Assembly (NCBI RefSeq): GCF_902652985.1
Contig: NC_047032.1
Location: 24,366,001-24,430,000, forward strand
Direction of reading: 5' to 3'
DNA length: 64,000 nt
DNA from: Pecten maximus
Lineage: Eukaryota
The position numbers and the translations under genes were made by a program. Shown in pieces: positions 1-13,129 of this stretch. How positions within the stretch are numbered: the first letter of the stretch is position 1; every line of letters begins with the position of its first letter. The notes under the pieces were generated by a model. The model saw nothing but the letters and a program-made list of their open reading frames with translations, had not been told where the DNA came from and ran no database searches.

Positions 1-121
1 TTAAATTTATAGATTTCATTTAATCATTAAGCACTGAAGAATTAATCCAAAGAAAATCTTCACACGCGCGCGAGGAATAAATGTCCAATGTGTCCCAATT
101 TCACTCTCTTTGGTCCTGTCA

Positions 122-721
122 TCACCACATTAAATCTAGGTAGTCGTCATCGCCAGTATCCAGTACTTCCTCCTCCTTGCTAGCTCCCCAGCCTCTGGTC
201 CTCGTAGTGGCGAAGTACTTCCCTTCTTGGTCCCTATGATAACGGATCTCCTGGTCCCTACTCTGGTGCACCGGAGGAGCTTGGGGCACCCCTGGGCCAG
301 ATGACGCAGCCATACGCCGCTGGCGCGACACACTCTCCCTATAGGCTGCCACCCGCTCAGTCACGGGCCTCAGGGGGATCAAAAATCCTCCGGTGGGGAC
401 ATATTTGTTGTTGAGTCTCGCCACTCCCTCTGTATCACTGACCAAGCCCTTGGCCTCCTGTAGGTTTACTTTGTGTCTCCTCACATAATGCCTGGTGAGC
501 TGTTGCTTACAGTATTGCCCAAATGAGCACACCTGACACCGGTAGTTGACCAGTTCTTCTCTGTGCACCTCTACCAATGGGTTCGCATCTGTTTGTATGT
601 TTCATAAACCTTGTCTGAACATGCCTGGACTGGACATGGCATCCCTCCCTCTGTCCACCATACTATCGCTGTCCAGTTCCTCCCTCTCCTCCTTGTCTAC
701 AAACAGTTGGACAACATCCAT
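122..721 (-). pseudogene. Accessory ORF3 of Gypsy A: tandem C2H2 zinc-finger protein, frameshifted
   Basis: Manual translation from ATG 721: MDVVQLFVDKEERE..WTEGGMPCPVQACSDKVYETYKQMRTHW.EVH, then ORF 122-577 YRCQVCSFGQYCKQQLTRHYVRRH; AG acceptor at 754-753. Confidence 0.7.
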
Positions 722-816
722 CTTTGATGGCAAAGTGACAAAACTGTGTTACCTACAATGACAAAATCAAAAGTAATATTATGTATTTAATCAAGTATTT
801 AGCTCTATCCAATGTT

Positions 817-3090
817 TTAGTCCGGTGTAAATATTTTCTTTGGTTTAATAATCATTCCAGCCCTGGTCCTCACAGGTGTAGTTACCTTCCATGGACTATG
901 ATACTCATACTCTCCTCCTCCCCCATCATCTGTACCCTCTCCTAATGGTTCCTTCTCATTCTGCTCTACATCACTTTGTAGCCATACATCTGGTGTTTTA
1001 TTGCCTTGATAGGGTTTAGCATGGTCTTCATGGATTGTTATTGGATTGTGACCTGGGGCTTTCTGAATCTGGTATGTTACTTCTGACAGTTTTTTAACTA
1101 CTTTATAGGGTCCTGACCAACCAAGCCCAAGTTTGTTCTGTAGCCCTGGGGGGTACCATCGCCAGATATAATCCCCTACCTTATACTGACGGGCCTTTAA
1201 ACCTCTATCATAATAATTTTTCTGCCGAGATGCAGCTATTCCTAGATTTTCTCTAGATGTCATAAAAGCCTCTCTCATTGCACTCTGGAGCCAGTTCACA
1301 TACAGGTTATGACACCGGACTTCAGCTTCCCCAGGGGGCATCCCTACCATTATATATATGGGAAGATTTATCTCCCTTCCTAACATCAGGAGATTTGGGC
1401 TACACCCAGTGCTAACATGTGGAGTTGCTCTGTATGCTGTTAGAATATAAGGGAGATGATCCTCCCAATCGTTATAGTGGTCATTCACATACATAGATAG
1501 CATTTGTAAGAGGGTTCTATTCAGGCGTTCAACTAGACCATCAGACTGCGGACGATAAAGGGTTGTTCTCGTTTCTTCTATTCCAAGCTTTTCACAAACT
1601 AGTTTGAATAATTCACTCTCAAATTCTCTACCCTGGTCTGAGTGTACTTGCTTTGCTACCCCAAATCTACTGAATAATTCTGAACATAACTTGTCCGCAA
1701 CCGTGAGGGCAGTATGGTCTCTTACTGGATATGCTTCCGCCCATTTGGTGAAATAGTCACTTACTACTACGATGTAAAGATTCCCATTCTCAGTTTCCTG
1801 AAGTCCCTCTAATATGTCTACTGCTATTCTGTCCAAGGGTTGAGAAACCTAAGTTATAGATGACTCTAATGGGGAACGACCTAACCCCGGACCCGGTTTC
1901 CGTCTGGCACATTGACTACAGGACCTACACCACATTCTTTCATCTTCGGAGGGACCAGGCCAATAAAACCTTTTTTTCACTAATTCAATAGTTCTGTCTC
2001 GTCCTAGATGACCAGCTGTTTTCGAGTCATGTAACTGTAACAGGATTTGCCTTCTGATCTTCTCAGGTGCTACTACCCTATATATTTCATGATGAGTTAA
2101 GGTACTATCCCTGACACACAATACTCCCTCCCTAGTAGTGAGCCTATCCCATAACTGGCAATATACCCTAACCTCATAGGGGTGTGTATGCATGCTTCGT
2201 CTACTTGGGGTGTGAGTAAGGTGAGCCTTAAGATTCTTAACCTGTCTTATATACTGGTCTTCGTCCTGCCATTCTCTTATCTGGTCTGTACCCCAACTAT
2301 CTACCCAGTTACTTGTTGTAACCTGTTCATCCCTTTCTACGTCTACTGTATTCACTTCAACAGATGGCAAGCCATCTTCGTGAAGCTCGGGAGCCCCCTG
2401 AACACCGTTGATCTCCCTATGTTTCTGTACTTTACTAGAACAGTCAGGACACTCGTTGCGTTTGCATGGTCTGGAAGATTTTCTAGACAAGCTATTGGCA
2501 TTCTGATGTTGACTACCTGGACGGTGCCTAATCTCACAGTCGTACATATCAATCACGCTTATCCAGCGTGCTAACATCCCTACTGGGTCCTTAAACTTTT
2601 TAAGCCAAATCAAAGAAGCATGATCAGTTCTTACTAAACATTTTCTGCCCAGGAGGAAGTGTTTGAAGTGTCTGAAGAAAGTGACAACAGACAGTAGTTC
2701 TTTGTGTGTGGTGCAGTAATTTCTCTGTGCCCTGTTTAGTGTTTTGCTGGCATAGGCTATTGCAACCTCCTCCCCATCTTGCACTTGAGATAAAACTGCC
2801 CCCAAACCTGTGTTGCTTGCGTCTGTATCTAGAATGAAATCCCCATTGATTGTTAGGATAGGCTAGGATTAGTGCACTGGTAAGTAATTGTTTAAGACTA
2901 CTGAAGGCCTCATCACATTCACTGTCCCATTGAAATTCGTTAGATTTGCTAGTCAATGCAGTCAAAGGGGAGACAACTGACGAAAAAATTGGAATAAAGC
3001 AACGGTAGTAACCAGCCAGTCCAAGAAAGCTTCGTACCTCTGAAACATTGGTAGGCTGAGGCCACTCGACAACAGCTTTTACTTTTTCAG
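817..3090 (-). pseudogene. Gypsy pol (RT C-terminus, RNase H, integrase), frameshifted
   Basis: Domains are split over three ORFs in different frames. Confidence 0.9.
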
Positions 3091-3649
3091 TAGTAAAGGG
3101 TCGCTATATACTTGGCCTGTCCCCTGTACAGGTATAACAACAAGTGTTACTACTCCTCCCTCGGTTAGCTCTTCTGCTGCATATAGGACCCCAGGAGATA
3201 TTTGTAGTACTGCATCCACTGCTTACGGGAATATGATGAGGGGTGAGCCTGTTAGCTATGGCGATAGTTTGCTAAATGATTCTAGCACAGGGGCTAGACC
3301 AAAATCTATATCATTAGGGGAAAATGCAGTATACCCCCCTCCTCAACCAACCTTACATTTGGTTAGTTACAATGGAGTCTGGTCTGGATCTAGCGATCAA
3401 CATTCATATTTTAGGGATCCTGTTCAAGGTAACCTAATAGTACCAGATACCCCCCAATCACAGTATAGGGTGGCTTTACGTGCACATGAATATACAGGAC
3501 CCAGTGAAATAGGGGAGACAGATTTTACCCTTTCACAATATGCTAGCACCCCTTCAGGTTTCTTCAGGCTTCACGAGGGCTATTGAAACATAGTTTCCTT
3601 CAAACAGTAGGGATTATAGGGAATCCCCTAGGTCTCGCAGCACAATTAG

Positions 3650-4502
3650 GGTACATAGGAAACAAAAAGATTCCCAAAATTATGATGGTTCAGGTGATTT
3701 TAAAGATTCTATCTTGCATTTTGAGCAGGTAGCTCAGTGGAATCAGTGGGGGAACTACGAGAAAGCTCAGCAATTAGCTATGAGTTTACAGGGGCCAGCT
3801 CAGAAAGTTCTCGTTACTTTGACCTTGGTCCAGATTGGCAACTTTGTGAAGATAAGGGATGTTTTGTCAGCACAATTTGACCCCCCGGGGAGGGAAACTG
3901 CTTACAGGTGTCAGCTTAAGCCCAGGTCGCGCAATTCAAATGAAACTCTTGTTAGCCGTGGCCGAGAACTTGGAGATTGGCTGCTTTAGCGTTTCCTGGT
4001 GTGTCTACTGAATCCTCAGAAGTTCACGTTGTAGATCAGTTCATTCATGGACTTAACAGTATGGAAATTAAACCTCATGTACAGTTCCATCACCCAGCTT
4101 TCCTGGAGGCTGCGAATACACTTGCGATTGAATATGCAGCTTTTGATAGGGAGTTGCGTATTCCTGAGAGGAAACCAAAAGCATTTGTTGATGAGGTAGA
4201 ATCGAGTCAAGTGCAAGTTGTTCAGGAAATAAGCTCTACAGGTGAAAAACAAAACAAAGACTTAGCAAATATATTGACAGAGGGGTTCGACAAACTAGGA
4301 AAGCAATTATCTCGTGCTGTCAGGGGTAGAGGTCACAAGTCAGGGAGAGGTAAAGGTCAAGGTCAAAGTTACAGTCAAGGTCAAAGTAATTCTCAGAAGT
4401 ATGAGAGAGAGAATGTGTTATCGCTACAATCAACCAGGGCATTTTATAGGGGAGTGTCCACAGTCTCCTAATGATGAAAAAACTAGGTTCGGTCAAACTT
4501 GA
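3650..4502 (+). pseudogene. Gypsy B gag, frameshifted
   Basis: ORFs 3714-3989, 3977-4471 and 4314-4502 with capsid-like motifs and a zinc knuckle remnant. Confidence 0.8.
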
Positions 4503-4599
4503 GCCCGAAAGTTTGACCAGTGTGTCAGATCTAGGTGAACAGTTATCATCCTGTGAAAAATCAAAAGGGCTTACTAAGGTTAGCTTGAATGCTATTGCC

Positions 4600-6493
4600 A
4601 AAGGTTGTCTCTTCATAGAAGCTACAGTGTGTAACAAGGTTCAGGGTATCTTGTAGGTTCTGGATCTGCTGTAACAATAATTACTCAGGATATGTATAAT
4701 GCTATGCCAGAGGGTAATAGGCCAGAGTTAACCAGCAGTGACACCATGCTGTACTCTGCCTCAGGTGACAAGTTAGTGGTGGCTGGTAAGGCCAACTTCA
4801 GGTTTAAAGTGGCAAGCTAGTGTATGAACAGGAGGCTGTAGTGGCTAGGTAGGACCAATTATAAGGGATTCTGGGTGTAGATTTCCTTAGTAAACACGGA
4901 GGAGAAATCCATTTTAGGGACAGGACTCTTAGGTTAGAGGGTCAGTGTGTCAACCTAGTCACAGAAGGGTATACAGGGTGTGCCCGAATAAGGGTTTGTG
5001 AGTCCGTCTCCGTACCAGCTAACTCTGAGTGTCATTTTAAGGGGTACATTGAAGGTGCCATTGGTGGCGCAGAGGGTATTGTGGAACCACATACATTTGT
5101 AGCTAATCAGGGGTTATTGATGGCAAAAGTTGTTGGTAGATGCCACATGGAATGAGATTAATATCTCTGTCATGAACCTCGGGGCTCAGGATATTAAGTT
5201 ACAACGCAATATAATTGTGGGGGACTTGTCTGAAGTAAAAAGGATTCATCAGCTGGGGATAGACGAGGGTAACCCTAGTATTCTGCCCGATTATTTGGAA
5301 CCTATGGTAAGCAAGTTCTCATCTGAACTGACACCTTCTGTGAAAAGTAGAGCCACAGATCTTGTGTTGGAATACAAGGATATTTTCAAAGCCCTGGAGG
5401 GGAGATAGGTCAGACTAAGTTAGTAGAGCATACAATAAATACTGGTGAGGAGCACCCTATTAGGATACCTCCTAGACGTATTTCACAAACTCAGAAAGGT
5501 GTAGTAGAAAAAAGAGTTAGACAAAATGTTGGGGGATGGCATTATTCAACCTAGTAGTAGTCCTTGGGCAGCTCCAGTAGTACTGGTATCTAAGAAAGAT
5601 GGGTCAGTCCGTTTTTGCATAGATTACTGGAAGCTAAACGCAGTAACCAAGAAGGATGCGTTTCTTCTACCTGGGATAGACGATGCATTAGATACTTTAG
5701 CTGGCGCCAAATGGTTTAGTAACCTAGATTTAGCCAGAAATAGATAAAACTAGGACAACTCCTTACAGGCCAAAGTCCGATGGGCTGGTAAAGAGACTAA
5801 ACCGTACTCTAATACAAATGCTGTCAGCTTTTGTCAATGAAAATAGAAATGATTAGGATGATCACTTGCCATACCTGATGATGGCATATAGAGCCACTAG
5901 GCATAGCAGTACAGAGTGCAGCCCTAATCTAGTTATGTTAGGCCGGGAGATTTCGTGTCCTTTGGATATAATGGTAGGTTTACCCACAGAAAAATGAACA
6001 GAGATGTCAAATAGAATATGTATCATGGGTACAGGGTGCTTCAAGAACCGCCTTTGAGTTTGTACATAGAAAATTAGGTAACGCAGCTACCAGACAGAAA
6101 ATGTATTCCGACCGTGGTTCCAAAGAGAGGAGTTTTGATGAAGGTAGTTTCGTATGGAGGTGGTATCCTCCTGCTGTCAGTGATAAACTAGGACAGGGTT
6201 GGACAGGTCCCTACAAAGTCTTACAGAGACTGACTGATATTAATTACAAAATCCAGAAGTCACCTTTTTCTAGGAAATTAGTGGTCCATATAGATCATCT
6301 GAAGCCTTACCTGGGTAGGGAAACATCTCAAGCTTGGGTGGATTTAGACTCTGATGCTGAGAATGAGAGTGGATGTGATGAGTCAGATTGGCAAGATATT
6401 GATACTCAGGTACCTAGCAGTCCACGGGAGACACCTCCTCAGCAAACTAGAGTTGGCAGAAACATCAAACCTCCTGTCAGATACTCTCCTTAA
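4600..6493 (+). pseudogene. Gypsy B pol with a large internal deletion
   Basis: Protease remnant (..GSAVTII, GILGVDFL), RT ORF 5526-5747, integrase C-terminus 5740-6493 with stops. Confidence 0.85.
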
Positions 6494-6781
6494 AAAAAAC
6501 CCAACAACAACAAACAAATATGTGTAATCATAAATGAGAAGAGAAATGAGAAATTTAAAAGTAACATTGTGTTTATTTCACGCCAGGCAGTTGTTGTCCG
6601 GCTTAACTGATGGATTCAAGCAGCAATTAAATATTCTGCTGTCATAAATGTGTTCACTTCACTTTATAGCTGAGGTACAATTGTACTTGTGGGCCCCCCT
6701 CGAAAATGAAATGAACCGAGACATTTTCTTGTTTTACTCAACAGCTAGTCCTCACTGGTGTGTAGAGAATTACCAGCTGCT

Positions 6782-7330
6782 ATGGACATACTGGACCTGA
6801 TGGTGCCTCCGAAGGAGCGGGAGTGCTTGGATGAGGACATCCATCCTGCCTGGACCGAGGGTATGAGGTGTTCAGTGTTGGCGTGTGGGGAGCAAAGATA
6901 TCAGAAGTACTCGGGTATCCGGCTCCATTGGAACCTGGTACATTGTCATGTATCACATACCTCTGTTGCAATCAGTGTGTTTTCCGATCGCCCCGTCGGA
7001 ATCAACTGAAACGTCATTATAATCAGAGGCATCATCTTTCTGCCGAGGAAGCGAGTTCCCGTAGTTTAACTTGGAGGGAGCTATATAACAAACAAAAATT
7101 GTAGATCCCAGGGGCAAATTCATGCCAATAGTAAAGGTTTCGGAGGTCGCGTAGAGTCCACTACACGTATGCTCTCCTCACGTACAGTTACTGTGGCACG
7201 GGACCAGGAGGTGGTACCTCTTAGTCATGGCCAGGCACTTATCCGGGACCAGGTCCGCTGGCTTCGTAGTGCTGTTGCAAGGTCGCGAGAAACTTATCAG
7301 CCGGTAGAGACTGACTTTTACCAATTTGAA
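6782..7330 (+). pseudogene. Accessory ORF3 of Gypsy B: tandem C2H2 zinc-finger protein, frameshifted
   Basis: MDILDLMVPPKERE..WTEGMRCSVLAC..RLHWNLVH and YLCCNQCVF..LKRHYNQRH; polypyrimidine-CAG acceptor ending at 6744; homologous to 122-721. Confidence 0.7.
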
Positions 7331-8002
7331 AATTGAGCAAGGTATTTGTGGACTGTGGAATGGGAAAAAAACAATTTGGAAAGAAAACTGTACAATTTCA
7401 GGGGTAGTGGTGTTAACAAAAGGAACAGAGAAGTATTCTGTTTTACATTATTTAATTTTGTTCAGTATTTGTGTACTTTATCTGTGAATGTGTTCCCAGC
7501 TTACTATCAGACTATGATTTTGGTACTGGTGATCAGTGTTTTTATATTTTTATGGAGTATAACTCCTATTTAATCCATTTGGTGTGAAACTGATTCATTG
7601 TTTATTTAGTAATGAATTCAAACTAAATATATATTATATGAGTGAATTCATGAATATAATTGTAGTAATTAATTCTTTCCAAATTATTACACAGTGTGTA
7701 TGCAATATATTTTTATCCTGATCTGTATTATTGGTAAATTGTTCAGTGAGTACCAACTGGGAATTAAATTGATGTGTACATTTTATTTTTGTTGTTGTCC
7801 GATGTGAACTTAGTACACTGTAAGTCTATTCTTGCTATATAACTCGGTGATTTTCTATAGTTAGGCAGTCTTACACAAAGTCTTCGTTCGACTGGTATGA
7901 CTCGCCTCTCTCTCCTTCTCTATAGGTTTAGTGTTAGATAGGGTATCATGTAGTCAGTTGTTTAACAACCTAGGCTAGATTAGTATTTAGTTGGGGCGTA
8001 GG

Positions 8003-8328
8003 TTTGTCGTGAACATGTAGGGTTTTAACACCAAGTTTATATATAGTCCGTCGTCTATTCCGTAGGAGTATGCCGAGTAGCCATTAGTTATATTTAGGTG
8101 TGTGAGCGATGTACGTGTGTGGGTGGAATGCATGTTGAATTTACTGTGATTTCCTATATAAACAGTACTTTACTTTTGTTGAGTTAATAAATTATACGTT
8201 GATCTTTATATCCGAGTCTGCGTTTCATTTGCCATGTGCTTCTCGTTATCAAATTCTAAGACTCCAATGGGCCCGAGATCCCCGAACCTGGGTTTGGTTT
8301 CTAGTACAGAAACCGTGACTTTTACACA
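8003..8328 (+). repeat. Putative 3' LTR of Gypsy B
   Basis: Purine-rich GGGGCGTAGG just before TGTCGTG, AATAAA at ~8186, ends ..TTACACA; no second copy in the window to confirm the bounds. Confidence 0.35.
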
Positions 8329-8739
8329 TATATATAATTGGGAAATGGCTTCATATAAGTTTGAAAGCCTTGACCAACACTCTTTTATATATTGATACAA
8401 ATAAAACATGTTTTAATCAAATCGAAAAAAAATATGGCCGAAAGTTGAAGCTTGATATATATAAACGGTCAGGCACGCGTAACACACTGCGATCTCCGAT
8501 TTCTGATCCGTAAGCGAAAAAAAATGTTTTAAAAGTCTTTTATTTTTGCTTAAGTCCTTGTAAATATTGTGTATTAACGAAAAGTCAATAACTTTCTCTA
8601 CACGAGCAAGTTACAAACTTTCGATATTATTCTCGCACATTAAAATCACGTCAGATATAACTTTGAATGCATTGATGAATTCGTGCAACTTACTCTCTAG
8701 AAAACGACCCGAATAATTGCAAATTTGCTATATTCATTT

Positions 8740-8925
8740 TCCGCCGGGGGAGGGGGGGCTTCGCCCCCTCCAACCCCCTACAAGGGCGTTGCCCTGGACC
8801 CGCTGGGGCAGCCCCCAGACCACTCACCATAAATAATCGGCTAGCGCCTACGGCCTACGGCGCTCGCATTATTACTAATTACTGACCCCCCCCCCCCCTT
8901 TTTTTTTTCGAAAATCCTGGATCAC
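8740..8925. mobile_element. GC-rich non-autonomous DNA-transposon/MITE fragment
   Basis: GGGGGGCTTCGCCCCC hairpin, GCCCTGGACCC motif and ..AAATCCTGGATC end, resembling common invertebrate MITEs (from recall). Confidence 0.35.
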
Positions 8926-9268
8926 AGCGCGTGCAAATTTCATTCACAAAAAACAAGGGCCATGTCACACAGAGGCATCATCAGAGTCAGTGATTCGTAG
9001 GATTCTACGATATTCCCTAGGAGGAGATATAACTTGAGAGGAAGATTGGGAAGATATTTAAAAGGAAATGTTAAATGTGCCGCCAGTAATATTTGCCCCA
9101 GAAAACATTCCAGTGGCAAGTATTGACAATCTCCAGATGACCTCGGCATTGGACTGTTAACTGGTTCGACCTCATTTTCATTTCTGGAATGTCTCTTTGC
9201 TACTTCACTACGGGAAAGTGTTGATGGAACAGACTTTGTTGACAAAGATGTTTGTAGAAATTCGCACA

Positions 9269-12200
9269 TTACTCGTTGCTGCTGCATGGATGCCACTGCA
9301 TAATGCTATTCACGCTGTCGACATTTTTATGACCACTCAACTGCTTGATTGTTGTCGGTGCTTCGCCAGAATGCAAAAGTTTTGTGCACGGATTTTTTCG
9401 GAGGGATTGGTTGATCTTTTTTCCAACAAGACCAGCATTGTTCGCCATGGTTTTCATCATCTCAGAAAGCTTATTTTCCCCCACTGGCTGATTTTTAAAC
9501 CAACGTTTACCGTTCTCGTCGTGATTGACAGCAAGATAAAAGTGTTCATTTCGTGTGGCATGTGTTTCGCGTAAAGTTTATATGATTTGATTGGACATCT
9601 GTATGAATTATCGGTACCAAAATGGTTGGAAACTCATCTACTTTGATTGATCCAATCATAGTAAGGGATACTATCACTACAACCCTTTCTGATGTAATTA
9701 ACGTCGAGAACTCAATAAGTGATCACAAAGTAGTTTTTGCAATAATTGATGTGAAAAGAGATTTTGAAAAATCAGTTAAACGTAAAGTGTGGATCTACGA
9801 TCTAACAGATATCGATCAGCTAAAAACTATCATTAATAACATACAATGGCAAGAACAGTTCGACTCGTGTACCGATGTTAACGACATGTGTGACTTCTTA
9901 ACTACTAGTATTACGACTGCTATGGATGTGTATACCGTCAAAATTAGTGCAAATACGCAAACACGACAGACCATGGTTTAACAACAACATCAGAAAACAA
10001 ATACTTATACGAAATAGATTAAAAAATACAATGATAAACACAACAATATGTATAACATATCGAAATACAAGAAAGTACGAAAAAAGTTAATAATATGATT
10101 AAACGCACCAAGGAAATATTATATGAAAACATTGATAACCTTATTGATAGATCCAATTCTGACCCTAAAACGTATTGGAAATTGCTCAAACTTTTACTTA
10201 AAGGGAAGAAAAACACTGAAATATCTCCACTTTATAGTGAACATTCATCGAACTATATTTCTGATGACACACAAAAATGCAACCTTCTAAACGATTACTT
10301 TACATCTATATCGACACTAGATGACCAAGGCAAACACCTACCTACATTTGATACACAAACTGACTCCATACTTACCGATATAGTTATTACATCCGACGAA
10401 GTGAAAGATATATTATGTACTTTAAGTATAAATAAAGCAACAGGGCCTGATGGAATAAGCCATAGATTGTTGAAATTGATTATTAATGAGATTGCTCTAC
10501 CTTTATCTATCATATTTAATGTGTCCCTTCAAACTTGTTCCTATCCCGAAAGATGGAAAATAGCAAATGATATGCCTATATTCAAAGGTGTATCTAATTA
10601 CAGGCCAATATCATTACTAAGTTGTGTTGGAAAAATATTTGAGCGTTTAGTATACAAACACATTTACAATTTTTTCAACCAAAACAATCTCATATACAAG
10701 TTACAATCAGGATTCTTACCAAAACACTCTTGCACGCACCAACTGATAGAATTGTATCACTCTATGCTGTTATCGTTGGAAAATTATGAACACATAGCAT
10801 TTATTTTTTGCGACTTCTCCAAAGCTTTTGATAGAGTTTGGCATAAAGGCCTCATATACAAACTTAGACAATATCGACTAAATGGAAACTTACTTACCTG
10901 GATAGTTAAGTATTTGTCGTGCAGGAAACAGTCTGTTTATATAAATAATTCCAAATCTTCTATAAAAAATATTAATGCTGGTGTACCACAGGGATCTGTC
11001 CTAGGGCCTCTATTTTTCCTCATTTATATCAACGATATATCCACCGAACTCACATCATTATGTTGTCTTTTTGCTGACGACACTTCATTGTCATACACTT
11101 CAAAAAATTAAGACGATATTACACGTGTTGTTAATACTGATTAAAAAAGCTCTTGAAAAATGGTCAAATGACTGGCTTATGTCCTTCAACCCCAAAAAGA
11201 CAGAAATCATGCTAGTATCTTTTTCAAATCTTCCTTACCAGCCACTTTTTACATTCAATAACACAGTTATAGAAATAACAGAAAAACAAACACTTAGGAG
11301 TAATTTTTAAGTAGTGATACTAAATGGTCAAAACATAAAGATGAAATCATCAAGAAGGTTTCTAAATATATAGCAACTCTTCGTAAACTGAAATTTCTAC
11401 TAAGCAGAAAAACATAAGAAAAAATGTATTTAACTTACATTAGACCTATCTTAGAGTATGCATGCGAAGTTTGGGATAATTATGGTGTTACCAATTCCAA
11501 TAATCTTGAAAATTTACAACTTGAGGCGGATCGTATTATTACAGGATTACCAGTATACACAAAAATAGAGTTTATATATAAAGAAATTGGATGGTTTCCA
11601 TTAGCCAAGAGGAGAGAGATAAGAAAATTAACCCTCTTTTATAACATAAAACATAACATAGCCCCCCCCCCATACTTATGTGATATCTTACCGGATAATA
11701 TTGAAGTCTTAACAAATTATAACTTAAGAAATTCCCAGCAAGTGCGGCAAAAACGTTATAGACTCCAACGCACATTAAACTCCTGCTTTCCTTCAACTTC
11801 TCTTTGGAATAATTTAGATATATCTATTAGGAATTCTCCAACTTTAAATTCCTTTAAATCAAATTTTAGTTAAACGTTCTTTACAGAAACTGATGTATGC
11901 TTTCTAAATTTTGGTATTCGACAGCTAAATATTCTCCACTGTAGATTGAGATATAGAATAATGATCTTTTCAGATCTAATCTTTTGCCTTCAGCACGATG
12001 CTGATGTGGATCCGCGTGCGAGGACTCGTATCACTTCTTCTTTGCGTGCCCTAAATATCACATTATACGACAGACGCTTTTAAATGATCTCCATTGGTAC
12101 CCTGGTAATATCACATTATATATACTTCTAAGAGGTGATGCAGATCTAGAAAATGATGCAAATCTTAGTATTGCAAAAGCAGTCCAACTTTATATTGACA

Positions 12201-13120
12201 GTACTGGCAGGTTTTGACTTTCTGAGCACCTTACCCCATTTCCTTTAACTACCCGGTATCTTAGCTATTACCTAATTAATTGATTAATTAATTATATGTT
12301 ATACTGTATATATGTCAATGGTATATATCATTTGTACATGTATCTGCTTGCTGGTATGGTTGAACGACTCTAGGAAAGGAATGGTTTCGAGTGGATCTAC
12401 AGAGTAAAGTTTTTCATGGAATGTGCATAACGGACAAAGTTTTAAGAAAGTGTATTGATTGATGTTTTCCAGCCTGTCAGATAACTATTTACAACTTATC
12501 GCTACTGCTAATATGTAGGTGTATGTAAAAGAGTATTTGTACATAGGAAATGACCCCCCCCCCCCCCCCCTTCTTTTTCTTCCATCTTTCCCTTTTTCTC
12601 CTTCTCTCCTTTATAGATTTTTTTTATTTATATATATATATATTGCATTCACTATTATGTATTGATTTACATTATGTACTAGGGAGAGGGCGTCACTAAG
12701 TTGGAAACACTTTTGTCCAATCCCAATTGTCAACAATTTATGACAATAAAAATATGTTTAAATCAATTATCGGTATTCAAAAAAAGTTTTGGATTAAATG
12801 ACCTCTGGTGAGTTAAATTGCCTCCACGTGGTTTTGTTGATCTTTCATTATTTCAAATTTTGTATTATGATACCACACAGTGTTGAGTAGAGACTGCTGA
12901 TGGTCTAATCCCAGCTGACCACTTTGCCATAGCGCGTTTTCCTCATTTTCACTGACCGGCTCAGCCCTGTTCGATTTATTTCCCAACCCTCGTTGTTTCA
13001 GTTCTTTCCTACGAGACTGACGACTGGTGCTAAATAACTCTGATGTCATTATGTTGTATGGATAGTTTATTTACGTATGTAACAGTCAATCCTGTCAGTG
13101 TATCCGGTTCATACTTCTGA
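9269..13120 (-). mobile_element. Crypton-like (DUF3504 tyrosine recombinase) remnant in two pieces (12776-13120 and 9269-9605) split by a LINE
   Basis: YEPDTL, KELKQRGLGNKSNRAEPVSENEENALWQSGQLG..LLNTVWY, then across the LINE FNPKLF..RCPIKSYKLY, then MGENKL..NQSLRK..SGHKNVDSVNS. Confidence 0.8.
9617..12764 (+). mobile_element. 5'-truncated CR1/L2-group LINE with 11-bp TSD AATTATCGGTA (9606-9616 and 12765-12775)
   Basis: APE C-terminus (ISDH), RT ([37 protein letters not shown]), C-terminal Cys/His remnant, 3' stem-loop and AATAAA; exact TSD. Confidence 0.93.
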
Positions 13121-13129
13121 AAATATTGA

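Larger units (their letters stand above)
1..3090 (-). mobile_element. Ty3/Gypsy LTR retrotransposon remnant A (3' part: RT end, RNase H, integrase, extra ORF); 5'-truncated at ~3090 and running off the window start
   Basis: Minus ORFs 2624-2965, 1849-2805 and 817-1836 give the RT connection ([11 protein letters not shown]), RNase H ([24 protein letters not shown]), HHCC (HDSKTAGHLG..CSQC) and DDE integrase (DYFTKW, HSDQGREFES, GLVERLNRTL, GPY) in Gypsy order. Confidence 0.93.
3091..8328 (+). mobile_element. Ty3/Gypsy LTR retrotransposon remnant B (gag, protease, partial RT, internal deletion, integrase C-terminus, extra ORF, probable 3' LTR)
   Basis: Gag (HFEQVAQWNQW..QQLAMSL, DQFIHGL), degenerate CCHC (CYRYNQPGHFIGEC), RT N-terminus (SSSPWAAPVVLV..RFCIDY..LDLA) fused at ~5737 to the integrase core end (TTPYRPKSDGL) and GPY motif (6101-6493). 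Confidence 0.9.

Noticed and set aside
1-8328. Gypsy A and B as one element with an internal inversion
   Set aside because: Both carry their own diverged integrase C-terminus and ORF3, so they are separate families.
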